DNA from: a virus
DNA length: 64,000 bases
Virus record (IMG/VR): IMGVR_UViG_3300030616_000001
Location: 1-64,000 of that record
Strand: one strand, 5' to 3'
Shown: in pieces, positions 20,749 through 30,044 of the stretch
Layout of the letters: each line of letters starts with the position of its first letter
Position numbering within the stretch: the stretch's first letter is position 1
The notes under the pieces: generated by a model
The model's database searches: none
Told to the model about the DNA's origin: nothing
The model's input: the letters and a program-made list of their open reading frames with translations, nothing else
Position numbers and translations under genes: made by a program

Positions 20749-23016
20749 CTAGGCGGCGAGGCTCTCCTCGAGCGCCCTGGTGTCCTGCGTGATCAGCAGG
20801 ATGATCCAGTCGGTGGGCTTGTTCGTGGCCAGCCCGATCCGACCCGTCATGATCCCCGCGAACTCGTTGGCCACCGGGTTCAGCGCGTCCGAGAAGTCGA
20901 CGAAGAAGGCCCGGGCCGGGTCCGTGCTGCGGAACGCGCCCTTGTTCATCTCGGCTTCCAGGAACACACGGGACGCTCGCTCGGCCCTCATGCGGTTGGT
21001 GCGGTTGTTGAAGCGGTGGCGGAAAATCTGCAGCCCGTTCTTGATCGACTCCGCGATGAAGATCACGCCGCGCCGCTCACCGATGCTGGGGAAGTTGCCC
21101 GTGGACTTGAGGGTGCGCGACCCGTCGATGTACCACAGGCCCCCCGTGGTGCGGTTGAAGGGGTTGATCCGGTACGGGTAGACGTAGTCCCGCGTCTTCT
21201 CGTCCAGGACCTCGTGTTCGGTCTGGCCCGATGGGTCGTCCTCCACGTCGGTCATGCCCCGGATCACGCCCCACCCCTCGCCGAATCCGGCCGGCGCCTC
21301 GTACACGCCACCGCGCCGCTGGTCGTTGGCCGCGCACTTGCCGGCGATCCAGCCCGACGGCGGGATCGTGATCTCGTCCCCGGTGCCGAACACGCTCGGC
21401 TGCGGGTTGCCGACCTTGATCCACGGCCAGTGGATGGCGCCGAACTCGCTGTACTCGAGCAGGCCCGCGCTGGTCAGGTACGTCACCACCTGGGTGCGGG
21501 TGTTCTGGGGCGGGCAGTCCAGGAGGCAGAACATGGACCCGTTGCGGTCGATCTCCGCGTAGTCCAGCATCCCCTTGTGGACCACCTCGGTGTACAGGCC
21601 CGGGATGATCAGGATCCGACCGGTCTGGATCCTGTCGAACGTGTAGAGGCCGGTCGGCCCCGCCACGTTGCCCACGTAGTCCGCGTCCGCGATCCCCAAG
21701 AGGCCGTCGTCGCCGCCGGTCATCGTCGCCGATGTGCCGTTGGCGGGCCGCTTGATCCCGACAGGGGTGAGGCCCTGGTCCGTGACCGCGATCAGGCGCG
21801 AGCCGAGGTTGATGTTGTTGATCAGCGTCTCCACGTAGTCCGTGGACGAGTCGTCCATCGAGCAGTTGGGCCACGTCTCCTTGACCACGCCGGACACCTC
21901 CACCTTGAGGTTGAAGTACGCGGCGTTGCCGTTGGTGGCGTCCTCGATGATGATGCGGATGTCGTCCGTGTAGGCGCCGGGCGTCTTGCCCTCCACTTCC
22001 AGGGTGGGCTGGACCGCGGCGTCCGCGCCGTTGTGGAGCAGGTTGTCCAGGCCGAAGTCCACCGTGGAAGCGGGCATGACCTGGATCTGGGCCGCGATGC
22101 CGGTCGCCACCGTCTCGATGGAGATGTCGCCGGGGACTCCGGCGCCGACCACCACGTCGACGAGGCCGAGCAGCCCGAGAGCCGCCTCGATGCGAGCCTC
22201 GACCTCGAGCGCGGTCACCGCCGCGATGTCACCGACGTTGCTTGGGCCAGCGACGGGTGCGAAGGCGAGGATCGGAGCTGCTGTCCCACCGGCTACAGCC
22301 ATCGTGTAGTCGGAACCCGCCCCGTCCGTGTAAATCTCGAGCGAGAACGGCGCGGGACCTGCGGAGAGTCCGCAGTGGGCAGCGGTGATGTCCGTGTTGA
22401 TCCTGGCCGCCACCTCGAGCGCCGTTGCCGCGCCGGGCACCGCGAAGTCAGTGGGCTGGAACGTGACCGTCTGAAGGCCTCCGTTGATCACCAGATCCAG
22501 GGTTTCGCCGCCTAGCAGAGCGTACGGCTCCGGGGTCGCGGGATTGATGAGTCCAGCGGGCTGGCCGTTGAACGCCACGACCACCGGACCGGCGCCGATG
22601 TCGATGTCGATGTGCATCCCGTCCGTCATGACGAACGGGGACACACCGGTGCCGGGGCCGACCACGGCTGGTGTGGCGAGCGAGCCGTCGTTGTTCAGCA
22701 TGATGCTGCCCTTCGCGGCCGTCGCGGTGTTGGGGTCGGTCAGGTCCGTGAAGTGGCACGTGCGGCTGACCCACATGAACGTGCCGCCCTGGCGGAAGAA
22801 TCCGTACGCGGCCACGGCCACGTCGCTGTCCAGGGTGAACCCGCCGAACATTCGGCTGTAATCCTCGAACGAGGTGAGGAGCTGCGGATCGGCGATGGGA
22901 CCGCGCTCCGTGATCCCGAGACACAAGGTGACCGCGCTGGGCAGCGCGGCGATGGTCGGGATCGACGGCTCCTCCTCGAGGATCACGACTTTGCTGGCAA
23001 GGAGTTCTGCTGCCAT
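20749..23016 (-). CDS. Contractile tail sheath protein
   Basis: GITERGP, FFRQGG, HWPWI, IPPSG, GVYEAPAG, INPF, GSRTL, ERR and N...NR sheath motifs. Confidence 0.95.
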   Translation of the reverse strand: MAAELLASKVVILEEEPSIPTIAALPSAVTLCLGITERGPIADPQLLTSFEDYSRMFGGFTLDSDVAVAAYGFFRQGGTFMWVSRTCHFTDLTDPNTATAAKGSIMLNNDGSLATPAVVGPGTGVSPFVMTDGMHIDIDIGAGPVVVAFNGQPAGLINPATPEPYALLGGETLDLVINGGLQTVTFQPTDFAVPGAATALEVAARINTDITAAHCGLSAGPAPFSLEIYTDGAGSDYTMAVAGGTAAPILAFAPVAGPSNVGDIAAVTALEVEARIEAALGLLGLVDVVVGAGVPGDISIETVATGIAAQIQVMPASTVDFGLDNLLHNGADAAVQPTLEVEGKTPGAYTDDIRIIIEDATNGNAAYFNLKVEVSGVVKETWPNCSMDDSSTDYVETLINNINLGSRLIAVTDQGLTPVGIKRPANGTSATMTGGDDGLLGIADADYVGNVAGPTGLYTFDRIQTGRILIIPGLYTEVVHKGMLDYAEIDRNGSMFCLLDCPPQNTRTQVVTYLTSAGLLEYSEFGAIHWPWIKVGNPQPSVFGTGDEITIPPSGWIAGKCAANDQRRGGVYEAPAGFGEGWGVIRGMTDVEDDPSGQTEHEVLDEKTRDYVYPYRINPFNRTTGGLWYIDGSRTLKSTGNFPSIGERRGVIFIAESIKNGLQIFRHRFNNRTNRMRAERASRVFLEAEMNKGAFRSTDPARAFFVDFSDALNPVANEFAGIMTGRIGLATNKPTDWIILLITQDTRALEESLAA

Positions 23017-23060
23017 CGTCTTCCTCCTGCTCCCCTACGGGAACGGTGATTGGTCGTGTC

Positions 23061-23426
23061 CTACTTCTGCCCCTTCTTGCCGCCGCCGCCCTTCTTCTCG
23101 TCGGGCTTCGACTGCTCGTCTTCCTTCGCCTTGGCCTTCGCCGCCTTCTTCACGGCTTCCTCGCTGGGCGCGGCGCCCACGATCTTCACCTTGGGCCGCT
23201 TGCCCGCCAGGTCGCGCTTGAGCTCCGGGATCAGCACGACCCCGGGGTGGAGCGGCGCGGACCGCTTACCCTTCCCGCCGGGCACGTGGATCGAGGCCGC
23301 GACCAGGCTCCGCCGCCCCTGGCGACAGAAGCACTTGCCGGCCTTCACGCACACGGTCTGGTGATCGATGCGGTACTGGATGTGCCGCCCGGTCTGGTTC
23401 TCGATGACAATGTGTCCGGTTTCCAT
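23061..23426 (-). CDS. Hypothetical basic protein upstream of sheath
   Basis: 121 aa, GGAGG RBS, Lys-rich C-terminus. Confidence 0.6.
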   Translation of the reverse strand: METGHIVIENQTGRHIQYRIDHQTVCVKAGKCFCRQGRRSLVAASIHVPGGKGKRSAPLHPGVVLIPELKRDLAGKRPKVKIVGAAPSEEAVKKAAKAKAKEDEQSKPDEKKGGGGKKGQK

Positions 23427-23435
23427 GTCGTCCTC

Positions 23436-24407
23436 CTAGATCGACTGGATCTGCAAAACGGGATCCCCGTTGTTCTGCGTGATGCTCCAGCCGCGCTCGA
23501 CTATCGTACCAACATCCTCGTCAAGATGCACGCCCCGAACGAAGAACGTGGTGGCGGCGTACATCAGATCGTCCGTGGTCGGGTCGCTGTTGACCTCTGG
23601 GTATGCGTCCCAGGCCATGCGGATCTCGTAGTCCTTGGTGCCCGCGGCGGGGTCCGTGGGATCACGCGGAACCTTGACCAGCTTTATGTCGCGTTGAAAC
23701 AGCAGCAGCGCCTGAACCAGGCCTTCCATGTGGAAGACGCTGTTCGCCCACGCCGTCACCAGGAAGTCCACGTCCACAGTCACCGGCGGCTTGCGCCGCA
23801 TCATGCCGTTGACGCCTCCCAGTGGGTCCGCCTCCGGTTCCTCGCGCTCGATGGAGTGGAACCTGTTGAGGATCAGGCGCGGTCCACCAAGCTGCACCAG
23901 CGGCCCCTGGGCGCGGATCGTCTCCTGGGTTGCGGGCGCCAGGGAGAAGTCCCTGGAGGTTGTGTGGTGCGTGTTCTGGAGGACGTGGCGCCGGAACAGG
24001 CGGATCACCTCGCGCACAGTCCGTTGCAGGTACGACTCGGCGGCCAGTGAGGGACGGTCCACCTCGTAGCCGTCGACAAGGGTCACGTTCTCCACTGGGA
24101 TCTCGACGCCGCTCGCGTCCAGGTTGGCCACCCGCACGTCCAGGCCGGCCGGGAACGGCACGTCGTATGGTCCCTCGTACACCGGGACCCGTGCCAGGAT
24201 CAGTTCGTCGGTGGCGGCGTACGCCCACGGCGACTCCTGGCCCTGAAACTGGACCGACACGGTCTTCTCCTGGTCGGTGCCGATGTAGCCCGTCGCCGGG
24301 ATCGGATCCGGCAGGCGGAAGTTGGTCCCCTCGATCCGCACCATGTTCTTGCCGCGGGTCGGGCCGCTCGACGGGGTGACGGAGGTGATGGTCGGGACAG
24401 CCATCAA
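23436..24407 (-). CDS. IPT/TIG-domain tail terminator-like protein
   Basis: PTITSVTPSSGPTRG...VRIEGTNF (IPT/TIG) fused to a C-terminal domain in the tail-terminator position. Confidence 0.7.
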   Translation of the reverse strand: MMAVPTITSVTPSSGPTRGKNMVRIEGTNFRLPDPIPATGYIGTDQEKTVSVQFQGQESPWAYAATDELILARVPVYEGPYDVPFPAGLDVRVANLDASGVEIPVENVTLVDGYEVDRPSLAAESYLQRTVREVIRLFRRHVLQNTHHTTSRDFSLAPATQETIRAQGPLVQLGGPRLILNRFHSIEREEPEADPLGGVNGMMRRKPPVTVDVDFLVTAWANSVFHMEGLVQALLLFQRDIKLVKVPRDPTDPAAGTKDYEIRMAWDAYPEVNSDPTTDDLMYAATTFFVRGVHLDEDVGTIVERGWSITQNNGDPVLQIQSI

Positions 24408-24955
24408 TTACCTCCGAACGAGACGCCGCCCATCGCGCCGCCGATCCGGCCGCGGGCAGAGCCGAGCATGGGCACACCGATGTCCTTCGCCACCATCTCC
24501 GCGAACCGCTTGTTGGCGTCGTACTTCCAGGCGTTGTACGAGGGACGGAGAAACGGTCGCGCCGGCGGCCGGTTCGTGACCTTCTTCGAACCGAACTCGT
24601 GGATCTCCGCGATGTTCCACATCGGCTTGCCGTTGCGCCCCTTGACCGAGCGGTGGATGCCGACGAAGTACGACAGGGCGTCGATCTTGGTGACGTTGAC
24701 CGACCGCAGCATGTCCCCGTGGTCGATCAGTGCCTTGGAGGATCCCTTCTGGGCCTTGGTTGACTCGGCCAACGGGCGGAACTGCAACCCACCCGGCGCC
24801 TGCTGCTTGATCCCCGTCACGATCTCCCGGCGAAGCTCGTGGGCCAGCTTGCCCGTTGTCCGCGCCACCGCCCCCTCGGACCGTCGCGCCCACCGCTGCA
24901 CCGAACCGAAGATCCGGTCCAGTCCTCGCTGGGTCACGGTGAGGCGGATCGACAC
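24404..24955 (-). CDS. Virion morphogenesis / tail completion protein (Mu gpG / HK97 gp10-like)
   Basis: PLAESTKAQKGSSKALIDHG...IAEIHEFG...PARPFLRP. Confidence 0.85.
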   Translation of the reverse strand: MSIRLTVTQRGLDRIFGSVQRWARRSEGAVARTTGKLAHELRREIVTGIKQQAPGGLQFRPLAESTKAQKGSSKALIDHGDMLRSVNVTKIDALSYFVGIHRSVKGRNGKPMWNIAEIHEFGSKKVTNRPPARPFLRPSYNAWKYDANKRFAEMVAKDIGVPMLGSARGRIGGAMGGVSFGGN

Positions 24956-25485
24956 TACGCACCTCCCACTGCCGCGCCGGCGACGCGGTCATACGAGCAG
25001 TAAGTGTAGAGGAGATTCGTGCGCGGGTTGCCGAACGGCGCCTGTCCGTGACCGGCCCGCTCAAACCCGGTGATGAACATGCCCGGGGGGTTGTCGAAGG
25101 TGGCCTCGACGTCGCCCTTGCGCGTCTCGATGTGGTCGATCCGGTCGCCCTTCTTGAGGACAGGTTCCCCATCGGCGCCGATCAGGCCCATGTTCTCCAG
25201 GTCCGGCCAGTGGAACACCAGCACGATGTCCGCGACGATCTGCTTGCCGCCACGGGCCATGTTCTGTTCGCCCCAGCTGGTGCGGTCCAACTGGCAGTTG
25301 AGGCGCAACTCGGGCATCTCGCGCCGGGACGATGCGCCAAGCTGTGTGCCGTCGTCCACAGGGATCGGGGAGTCGAACTCCGGGTCGTAGCCGCCGCCGG
25401 TGACCAGGGACGTCTCCTCGGTGTCGAGGCGCCGGATCACGGCAACGAACTTGTTGATCAGCCTGCCGCGTGTGACGATGCTCAT
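24955..25485 (-). CDS. Head closure (stopper)-like protein
   Basis: Position after the adaptor, beta-rich, LKKGDRI motif. Confidence 0.55.
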   Translation of the reverse strand: MSIVTRGRLINKFVAVIRRLDTEETSLVTGGGYDPEFDSPIPVDDGTQLGASSRREMPELRLNCQLDRTSWGEQNMARGGKQIVADIVLVFHWPDLENMGLIGADGEPVLKKGDRIDHIETRKGDVEATFDNPPGMFITGFERAGHGQAPFGNPRTNLLYTYCSYDRVAGAAVGGA

Positions 25486-26537
25486 CTGCCAGCCGCCCCC
25501 ATTCGGAGGGGACCGGTGTAGCGCATCAGGATGTTGTCCACCTCGATGTTGCCGGTCAACCCGTAGGAGGCGTCCGGGTTGGCGCCGCCGCCGCCCGGAT
25601 CGGAGAACTGGATCTCCTGGTCCCTGGTCTTGATCTTGGTGACACGGGACTGGAGCGCGGCCTCCTGTTGCTCATCTGCCGGCAGCATGTAGGTGAGGGC
25701 CAGGAGCAGACACGCTCGCTTGATCTCGGCCGGTGTCTGCCCGTAGCTGATCGGCACCTGGGAACCGTCCACCGTCTCGGCCGCTATGTCACCCGCGCCG
25801 AGCTCCGTGTAGCCGAACACCCCCTTGAGAAGGACGTTCTTCCGACCAGCGCCGAACAGGGCCGCGTCCGCGTAGATCCTGCGGCGGCGACCCCGGTAGC
25901 CCGGGAAGAAGTCCAGGGCGTAGGTCACCTTTGGATTGGCGCGGTCGTCCGGGTTCAGCTGGCCCCTGGTGAGGTGGCGGTTGAATACCTCCACGTCGTC
26001 CAGTTCCACCACCACGTCGTCCTGGTTCAGGGCGTGGAGGGCGCAGATCGGCAGGTCCAGCCACATCTGGTCGTGATCTGTGCCGTCGAACGTGAACTGC
26101 GCGTACCGCGGCTCGAACCACTGGCGGCACAACGCGTCGATGGTCGCGCAGGCCCGGTCGATCCCGCGCCACACCTTGTCCGGCGTCCACGGTGGGTTGA
26201 CGTACCCCTCGGCCCACACGTCATCAGGCGTGATATAGCACCGCCTCGCCTTGTCCGCGTGCACCGGTGTCCCCGTGGCCCCGTCGCTCGTTCGGTACGG
26301 TGTCGCCCGATAGCTGCCGTTCGCCTCGCCGCTGACAGCGTCGACAGGTCCAGAGGGATCGGTGTAGCGGTAGCTGAAAACCGTGGCCACCAGTGGTGGG
26401 CGCGTCGTCGGGTAGGAGATTTCGATCCAGCTGCCGCCGCCGTTGTCGCGCTCCGCGAGCCATGCGTCGTAACCGGCGGCAACCAGTCCGGCCAGTGTGA
26501 CCTCGTCCACGGTCCATTTGAGGTTCACAATCGCCAC
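25482..26537 (-). CDS. Head-tail adaptor/connector with N-terminal extension
   Basis: YITPDDV...IDRACATIDALCRQWF...FDG...TPAEIKRACLLLA adaptor pattern. Confidence 0.75.
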   Translation of the reverse strand: MAIVNLKWTVDEVTLAGLVAAGYDAWLAERDNGGGSWIEISYPTTRPPLVATVFSYRYTDPSGPVDAVSGEANGSYRATPYRTSDGATGTPVHADKARRCYITPDDVWAEGYVNPPWTPDKVWRGIDRACATIDALCRQWFEPRYAQFTFDGTDHDQMWLDLPICALHALNQDDVVVELDDVEVFNRHLTRGQLNPDDRANPKVTYALDFFPGYRGRRRRIYADAALFGAGRKNVLLKGVFGYTELGAGDIAAETVDGSQVPISYGQTPAEIKRACLLLALTYMLPADEQQEAALQSRVTKIKTRDQEIQFSDPGGGGANPDASYGLTGNIEVDNILMRYTGPLRMGAAGR

Positions 26538-26540
26538 GTC

Positions 26541-26816
26541 TCACCTCCCGCCGTTGCGGGTCGTCCGTTTGCAAAGGCGCTTCAACATCCGCACCGACGC
26601 GTCGTGTCGCTGCGCCTCGGAGTTGGCGAAGTCAAGGCAGAGAGTTTCCCACCGCTCATCCGGGTCCTCGATCGTGAACCTGTACTCGGTGATGCGGCCA
26701 CGTTTCATCTCCTCCGCCTTGACGACGCGGAAGCCGTTCATGTGGGCGTAGGCCGCCAAGGCCAGGTCGCCCGTGTCTCGGATCGGCGCGTGTCTCGGCG
26801 CCGGTGCATTCCCCAT
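26541..26816 (-). CDS. Small conserved phage protein (DUF5659-like)
   Basis: TGDLALAAY...GF...YRF pattern. Confidence 0.55.
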   Translation of the reverse strand: MGNAPAPRHAPIRDTGDLALAAYAHMNGFRVVKAEEMKRGRITEYRFTIEDPDERWETLCLDFANSEAQRHDASVRMLKRLCKRTTRNGGR

Positions 26817-26833
26817 GTCGCCCTCCTTGACGG

Positions 26834-27448
26834 CTACTCGTCGTCAGCAGGGCGGACAGACCGACCGCGCGCCGGGGCGCCGTCGATGGCCTCCCGGATC
26901 TGCGCCTTGGTCATCTTGACCCCGACCTCCACGCCGCGCTCCTCGGCCTCGGCGATCAGTTCGCGCTTGGTCATGGCGTCCAGATCCACGTCCTGACCAT
27001 TCTCCCCGTCGTCCTTGGTTCCCTTCTCGGACCCCTGCGTGGACGGCTGCCGTCCCTTGCCGGTGGTGTTGGGGTCGGTAACCGGACCGGATGCGGCGGG
27101 GGGCAGGCGGTCGCTCACGGACGGTCGCACGTGCTTGGTGGCACCGGACCGGCCCGAGGGGCCGCCCATGATCGGAGCGCGTACCGCCGGCAGACCCTGC
27201 CTGGCGCGGGACTCCATCTCGGACTGGACGACCTCCCGGAGGTGGTCCATGTCGTCGAACTCCAGGATCTCGAACTGCGGGAACTCGGAAAGCTCGCGGA
27301 GCTCGGTCTTGTTGCGCACCACGCGGAACGCTGACGGACTCATGGCCGTCCCCGCCGTGTACTTGGTGCCCGTCGCCGCGGACGTGTAGGTCCGCATCCT
27401 GTGGCCCTTGCGCCTGTCGTACGCTCTCAGTCGAACTGCGGTGATCAT
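26834..27448 (-). CDS. Head-associated protein with C-terminal HeH/Rho-N-like motif
   Basis: DLDAMTKRELIAEAEERGVEVGVKMTKAQIREAI. Confidence 0.65.
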   Translation of the reverse strand: MITAVRLRAYDRRKGHRMRTYTSAATGTKYTAGTAMSPSAFRVVRNKTELRELSEFPQFEILEFDDMDHLREVVQSEMESRARQGLPAVRAPIMGGPSGRSGATKHVRPSVSDRLPPAASGPVTDPNTTGKGRQPSTQGSEKGTKDDGENGQDVDLDAMTKRELIAEAEERGVEVGVKMTKAQIREAIDGAPARGRSVRPADDE

Positions 27449-27564
27449 GTCGGTTCTCCTTCCTCTACTACCCCTGCACGGTTCGACGGCGGCCCCCCGC
27501 TAGATGTGGGGGGGGCATCCGGGGACGAGGGACCGCCGTCTCCCCTTGCTGAAAAGCGCGGCTG

Positions 27565-27918
27565 CTACTTGCAGACCGCGACGAACTCGAACGTGGTGCC
27601 GCTCATGTTGGCGACGACCGACTCCGCGTCGGTGCTGTTGTCGTAGACGAACAGCTTGTCGTTGGCGAAGTCGTAGCTCGGCACGTACACGCCGGCCCGG
27701 ACGGGCACGACGTACATGCACTCCACGCTCTCGTGGCCGCGCACGTTGGCGTCGGCCTTGGCGTCGTTGTACGCCTTCACCGCGGCCTGGAGCGTCGCGT
27801 TGAAGTCGGCGGTGCCGCCGGCGACGTACGCGCCGTCACCCGGGCAGCTGAGCAGGATCTCCTGGCCGCCCGCCTTGGTTTCGCGGACTGCCTGAATCGT
27901 GATGGTTCCGAGGGCCAT
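27565..27918 (-). CDS. Probable capsid decoration protein
   Basis: 117 aa, beta-rich, immediately after the major capsid gene, strong RBS. Confidence 0.55.
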   Translation of the reverse strand: MALGTITIQAVRETKAGGQEILLSCPGDGAYVAGGTADFNATLQAAVKAYNDAKADANVRGHESVECMYVVPVRAGVYVPSYDFANDKLFVYDNSTDAESVVANMSGTTFEFVAVCK

Positions 27919-28015
27919 GTTTTCCTCCCTGGTCAGGCGGCTCGTGCCGCCGTTTCGTTCCTGGTTACGCGCGGTCCAGTCGCCTCACGGCTCCCGCGCA
28001 CCTCCGTCGACGGCG

Positions 28016-28954
28016 CTACTGGGTCTTGACGCCGATGACCTTGACGACCGCGTCCTCCTCCTTGTACTGGAAGCCGCCGCGGAGCGAGGTGACCATGATC
28101 CACTCGCCGGTGCGGATGTCCCGGTCCGTCTCGACCCGGATCTTGCGCCAGAAGCCCCAGATCGCGACCTTGGGGTCCAGGAGCAGGATCACGGTCTGGT
28201 CCGAGCCGATCCCCAGGTCGTCCGGGAACACCGGCACGCCCAGGATGGCGCGGTTGCCGTACCGGTCCGGGGAGTCGTCCTGGACCTTGGAGTCGCCCAG
28301 GGCGGTGGCCCGGTCGGCCAGGTAATCGTGGTAGTCGATCTGCGCGTCCTCGGACGTCAGGAACCGCTGGTTCCGCTTCATCCGGTTGTACTGGGACGGC
28401 ATCGCCTTGATCGCGTCCTTGAGCATCGACTTGGCGATGGGGACGCCGCCGGCGTTGACGATGTGGCTCGTCGCCGACGCGATCATGCCGTCGAACAGCG
28501 CGAGCAGCGGATCGGCCGAGGTGGTGTCGCCGTTGGCGAGCAGGTCGTCCAGGTCCAGGGCCGTGTGGTCGGCCATCATGGCCATGACCGTGGACTTGAA
28601 GTTGCCGCCCTCGATGTTGTCCTCGAGCACCTCGTCGTTGAGGTTGATCTCGGACTTCATCAGGTGCGTGTGGAGCGTCTCCTGGTCGGTGGTGGGCTTG
28701 ACCCGATCCGCCGCCGCGAGCGCGTGTCCGCTGGTGCCCGGGCGCAGGACCCGGCCGCTGATCCCGACCTTGTCGATCAGCTTGGTGTGGGACTTGGTCG
28801 TCTGGACGTTGACCATGCCCATCAGCACCGAAGCCTTGATCATGTCCACGACGAACTTCTCGGCCTGCTCGTCCTGCAGGTATCCGCCGTCGGCGATCAG
28901 GTCGGCGACCTCCATGTCGGCCTTGGCCATGATGGTCTGGTTACGAGTTGCCAT
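28016..28954 (-). CDS. Major capsid protein (HK97 fold, PBSX XkdG-like)
   Basis: GGYLQDEQAEKF, EVLEDNIEG, DLDDLLANGDT, IRVETDRD, EEDAVV. Confidence 0.92.
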   Translation of the reverse strand: MATRNQTIMAKADMEVADLIADGGYLQDEQAEKFVVDMIKASVLMGMVNVQTTKSHTKLIDKVGISGRVLRPGTSGHALAAADRVKPTTDQETLHTHLMKSEINLNDEVLEDNIEGGNFKSTVMAMMADHTALDLDDLLANGDTTSADPLLALFDGMIASATSHIVNAGGVPIAKSMLKDAIKAMPSQYNRMKRNQRFLTSEDAQIDYHDYLADRATALGDSKVQDDSPDRYGNRAILGVPVFPDDLGIGSDQTVILLLDPKVAIWGFWRKIRVETDRDIRTGEWIMVTSLRGGFQYKEEDAVVKVIGVKTQ

Positions 28955-28983
28955 TGCTATCCTCCCTGTGGTTCGTGTCGGTG

Positions 28984-30033
28984 TCAGTCCTTCGCTACCG
29001 CCGCCGCGATGTCTCCACCGGTGGCGAACGTACCGCGCGAGGGGCTGGTTTTCTCGGCATGGGCAGGCTGTCCGTCCGTCGCGCCGACCTCACCGGTCTG
29101 GATCACGCTGGACTTGCCCACGCCCTTGGACAGACGCGCCACCTTCGCCTTCATCGCGGTGATTTCTCGCCGCGCCTTTTTGAGCTCGGCCTCGAGCTTG
29201 GCGATCTTGGCGTCGCGCACGTCCGGCACATCATTCCCTGCCTCTTCCCCGACCTTCTCCACGGGAGGCGCCGCCGTGGGTTCGATCTCTTGCGCCTCTT
29301 TGGATGCCGCGTCGTCGTCGGCGTCTCCGTCGGCTTGGGCGTCGAGCGCGTTCTGGACAGCGATGTCCAGGGAAAGCGTCTCGACGTGTTCACCCGCGTC
29401 ATTGAGCCAGGACGAGAGATCGTCGCCCTCCGGGGTGGTCCCGTTGCCGTCGGCGTTGTCGTCGCCGCCGTCCTTGTCGGCCTCCGCCTTTTCCTTGATG
29501 CGCTCCTTCAGATCGGCTGGGAGCGCCTCGTACACGTCGTCGTCCTCCTGGTACGTGACGGAGATGTCCTCGGCCAGCGCCGCCTCGATGATCCGCGACA
29601 GCACGGCCACCTTGGACTTCATCTCCTCGTACTCGTCCGCCGCGCCGCTGAACCGTGCCAGTGCGTTGCGGATCCGGCCGGCATCCCGCTCGTTGTCGGT
29701 GCCGCCCAGGGGGTATTTGAGGTTGACCGGATCCCCGTACAGGGACTCGGTGGTGGGGTCGTCCGCTGGGTACGTCAGACTGGCGTCGTTCCGCAGTTCG
29801 ATCCCGTAATGCGAGGCCCTGGCCTGCGCCGCCTCGCGCTTGGTTTCGTTGTCCGCGTCCGCGTCGGGGACGGCCTTGGCGGCGTCGTCCTCCTTCACCA
29901 CCTGGAACTCCTTCTGGCGGTTGGCACCCGCGCCCACCAGCGACACGAACTCCACGTCCATGTCGGTGAGGCGGTGGACCTTCTTCTCGCCGCCCGGAGC
30001 GGCCTTGCTGATCGTGGTGCGTGAACGCTTCAT
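28984..30033 (-). CDS. Scaffold-like protein with DUF6582-like insert
   Basis: RLTDMDVEFVSLVGAGAN N-terminal motif, LYGDPVNLKYPL...RIRNALARF insert, acidic linker and C-terminal coiled coil. Confidence 0.65.
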   Translation of the reverse strand: MKRSRTTISKAAPGGEKKVHRLTDMDVEFVSLVGAGANRQKEFQVVKEDDAAKAVPDADADNETKREAAQARASHYGIELRNDASLTYPADDPTTESLYGDPVNLKYPLGGTDNERDAGRIRNALARFSGAADEYEEMKSKVAVLSRIIEAALAEDISVTYQEDDDVYEALPADLKERIKEKAEADKDGGDDNADGNGTTPEGDDLSSWLNDAGEHVETLSLDIAVQNALDAQADGDADDDAASKEAQEIEPTAAPPVEKVGEEAGNDVPDVRDAKIAKLEAELKKARREITAMKAKVARLSKGVGKSSVIQTGEVGATDGQPAHAEKTSPSRGTFATGGDIAAAVAKD

Positions 30034-30044
30034 GGTGGTGCCTC

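Noticed and set aside
1-24400. Extracellular contractile injection system or tailocin
   Set aside because: The tail genes resemble CIS components but are contiguous with capsid, portal, protease and terminase, so this is a complete myovirus morphogenesis module.
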